A DNA stretch of 64,000 bases from Octopus vulgaris (Eukaryota). The stretch spans positions 100,626,001 to 100,690,000 of the forward strand of contig OX597816.1 of the NCBI GenBank assembly GCA_951406725.2. The letters run 5' to 3'. The translations under genes and the position numbers were made by a program. The stretch's first letter is position 1, and each line of letters starts with the position of its first letter. This document shows positions 61,160-64,000 of this stretch, piece by piece. The notes under the pieces are model-generated. The model ran no database searches, was not told where the DNA came from, and worked only from the letters and a program-made list of their open reading frames with translations.

Positions 61160-61440
61160 AATTGAGGTGAACACTTCAGACACACATAGATCTCATCAGC
61201 TTGCATACCCTATGGTATGACTTGGTAATATTTTACGCAACCCCCCTGCAAGGACAACAGTCAAGCTCCACCATAATAGCAGTATTGTTTCTAATATCCC
61301 TTGGTAACCTATCTAGGGCTTCTAGTGCACCACGGTGTGCCATTGTGCATTCATCCCAGACAGTAAGTGTAGTTTGGAGCAGAACCTCTGCCATCAGTGT
61401 TCATTTTGAAATATTGCACATTTGGGCATCGCTGAAGTGA
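61160..61440 (-). mobile_element. Helitron PIF1-like helicase remnant (motifs II-III)
   Basis: CNISK../MAEVLLQTTLTVWDECTMAHRGALEALDRLPRDIRNNTAIM../TVVLAG../MQADEIYVCLKCS. Confidence 0.85.
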
Positions 61441-62039
61441 GTTTTTTTGAGCACAAATAGAGGCAGTTTTCTTTGCAGCCCTTGTTTGTGGGGATAAATA
61501 AGAATGTCTTTGTTTTGGTGGTATGGCTGAAAAGAGCAAACAATTAAGAAACATATAAGATGGAAGACAGCAATTTCAAGTTGTGCAGTGTATTATTTCA
61601 ATTTTTAGTAAAGAATGAAGATATGTGGAAAAATTCATGTCAACTTGTATACCATTATTATGAGAAGTGGTAAACTCTGAATGATTTGGTTGTGTTCTCT
61701 GTTGATAAGCATAATGCATTCTTTTAGCTGATATATTGTGGAGTGGATTACTGGCATCATGGAAATTATTGTTTGTCAAGAAGTGAAGGGGGAGGGTACA
61801 ATTTGCATGAAAGTGATTTATGTTCTGAGGAAGGATCACAAACTATGTACTGTTTCATGGAATAAAAAGGGGTTAATATGATTGTTGCCCAGAAATTACG
61901 TTTTCAAAATTATAATTTCCCCCCCTCCCCACCAAAATTTGATAATAATTAGCTGTTCTTCAAATTTTGTTTTTTTATGCACATGGAAAAATACAGAGAT
62001 TACGAATCTGAGAAATATAATTTGTTTTTGAAAGTTTAA

Positions 62040-62340
62040 TTTTTCTGAAAGCAATGCTGAGTTCCCCATCAACAACCTGCTTTCAGGTGAAATGCAAATC
62101 TCCTGTATGGAAAACATAGGAATGTGAGTAAATTGAGGATGGGGGTATACAATTGTCATCTTGGACATGCTAGAAACAACAGGTAATGGACAGAATTTCT
62201 GAGATAACTTCCTTATAAGTTTAAATGGAAGATCAGGTTTTGAAATATGCTCATCATAAACAGGAATGACAGAATAGGAAAAGGTAATTTCCATAAGATT
62301 TGAGCTGTAATTTAGCACACAGCAAGAAATAACATAATTC
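62040..62340 (-). mobile_element. Probable Helitron helicase C-terminal remnant
   Basis: ORF 61896-62342 contains KPDLPFKLIRK and PMFSIQEIC, degenerate PSDLPF.F.R.QFP and P.FSHGQLY motifs. Confidence 0.45.
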
Positions 62341-63379
62341 ATACAGAACTTTAACTCTGTGTGTGTGCCAAAGGAAGTTATTTTTGCTTACCATTTTTAA
62401 TTCCAAAAGAAGGAAATGAAGTTTGTGAAATTGTAAACATGTTGACAGCATAAGGTCTCCATACATTATAAAGAGAAACTGGAAGAGAGAGATAGTACCT
62501 AATTCTATGCATCCCTGAAACATGGGACAAAAGTGAAAATGACCTGAAAATTGTGTGATCTGATCTTATTTCTGGGGTTCTCAGCATCCCCTCCTCTCCT
62601 GCTTTCCCCCTCTCTTTGTGCTAACTTTCTTACACTTTCACCTATAGAACCTACATACAATATCAACTTTCTGCTGGCTTTCTTTCACTTTCAACTATAG
62701 GATGTACATAAAGTATGAAACATCAGCATTTCTCACTCACCTGCTATCCCTGTCTTTCATCTTCTCCAATAGAAACTTGTTTTCTGTTTCTTTCTCTTGT
62801 TTCTCTGTCTTTTTCTCTTTCTGTGTTTCTCTTGCTTATTCATAAAAATTTATTTCTTTATACTTTGAAGAGAGCAGAAATTGAGAGAAAAGAGAAAGCA
62901 AAAAGGCAAGAGGGAGTAGAAAGAGAAGGGGATGAGAAAGTGAAAGATGTATGTACATGTATATGAAATGGACATGTGTGTGCGAAGGAGAGAAAGGGAG
63001 AAAGAAAAGTGAGAGAGAGAGAGTTAGTGAGTGAAGGTGTGTGTCGTGATGATGTATGTCTTTGAAGGTACACTCTCATATAGAAAATGTGACATCATTG
63101 TCATCATATAAAATGTTTACAATAGTTAACTTATGGAATAGATTATAATGTTAAATTTTTGTAATGCAAATATGTGAATGAAAATAAAGTTTATTTGGTA
63201 GCTGAAACAGTACTGAATCTTTTGATACCCATACATCAAAATTGGTAACTCGGTTTTGGAATGCATAAGGAACATACATACACACACACAAACTCTCTTT
63301 TATAGGTATATAGATATATATATATATATATATATGCACACGCATACACATTCATAAATATATATAAATATCAAATTGG

Positions 63380-64000
63380 ATTACAAATTGTCAAGGTCTT
63401 TTTTAGTAAATGCTGATGGTTGGTTTAAAGCATTGTTAAACATTTCAGCCTATTTTTTTCAAGAGGTCTGATGGATTTGTAATGCTTTTAATTCAATTCT
63501 TAGACATCACATAGGCCACCTCTGTATCTTGTTTCATAGACTCACTTTAAATGATCATAACAGGATTTCAAATCATTTATGTCAAGAGACTTTTGCAGAT
63601 CAGCAATTCTTTCATTCCACAGAGCTTTGATCCACCTTTTTTTTTAAATGTTGGTGTAAGCTTGCTTGTTTTAGTAGATGCTTTCTTTTCGCACTATGAC
63701 TTGGAAAAGACATGTAGCTCATTAAATTTGTTAAAGCTGAAAGAATCATTTTCACCAAACCAATTTCAATGTCTACGTTTGCAGAATCCCAACATTTTTG
63801 AGATGCAATATGTTGTTTTTCTTATTTGGGGTGAGATATCATCAGCATTAGATTACTTTTATTTTGGAGATTTTGTGTGCTGAATTCAGTTTGGCCTGAG
63901 CTTTCATTCTAGGATCTTTGAGATTTTTGCATTGAGGGTGACCTTGGTTTCACCTCTTTAATTGGCTGATGCCTTTACTGAATTTAGCTCACTGCAATTT
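63380..64000 (-). mobile_element. RTE (BovB-like) LINE ORF linker remnant running off the window end
   Basis: MLGFCKRRH*NWFGEND..LWNERIADLQKSLDINDLKSCYDHLK*VYE..*AEMFNNALNQPSAFT matches RTE linker motifs (HQDWFDEND, FY..LK.VYG, WAEHF..LNRPS). Confidence 0.8.

Noticed and set aside
714-63351. Most ORF-track entries (YIYIY, CVCVC, HTHTH, SLSLS, GAFYVPP peptides)
   Set aside because: Translations of microsatellites, SINEs and RTE 3' UTR repeats; no domain signal.

Overview
AT-rich, microsatellite-dense eukaryotic DNA, intronic or intergenic. The SINE and LINE families look like those of octopus/coleoid cephalopods; this is an inference from recalled repeat motifs, not a database result. I found no intact host protein-coding gene. 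Nearly all ORF-track entries are microsatellite or repeat artefacts, and the few with real protein signal are decayed transposon pieces: Penelope-like (PLE), RTE and CR1 LINEs, mariner, Tigger/pogo and a Helitron helicase. The window also holds tRNA-derived SINEs, many RTE 3' ends, MITEs (mariner, piggyBac-type, Tc1), a TSD-bounded hAT element and an unusual number of long inverted repeats. The main signal is a set of minimal type I hammerhead ribozyme (HHR) motifs of the PLE type at five loci. One lies downstream of the PLE ORF remnant (~2.9 kb). Four are divergent inverted pairs (~9.1, ~10.1, ~28.3, ~56.2 kb). The 56 kb pair keeps complete catalytic cores on both strands. The 10 kb element has a tRNA-like Pol III head fused to an HHR-bearing tail, making it a candidate PLE-mobilised SINE or retrozyme-like element. 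An RTE LINE at 40.3-42.2 kb shows twin-priming-like 5' inversion geometry. All alignments and folds were done by eye, so boundaries without TSD/TIR support are approximate.
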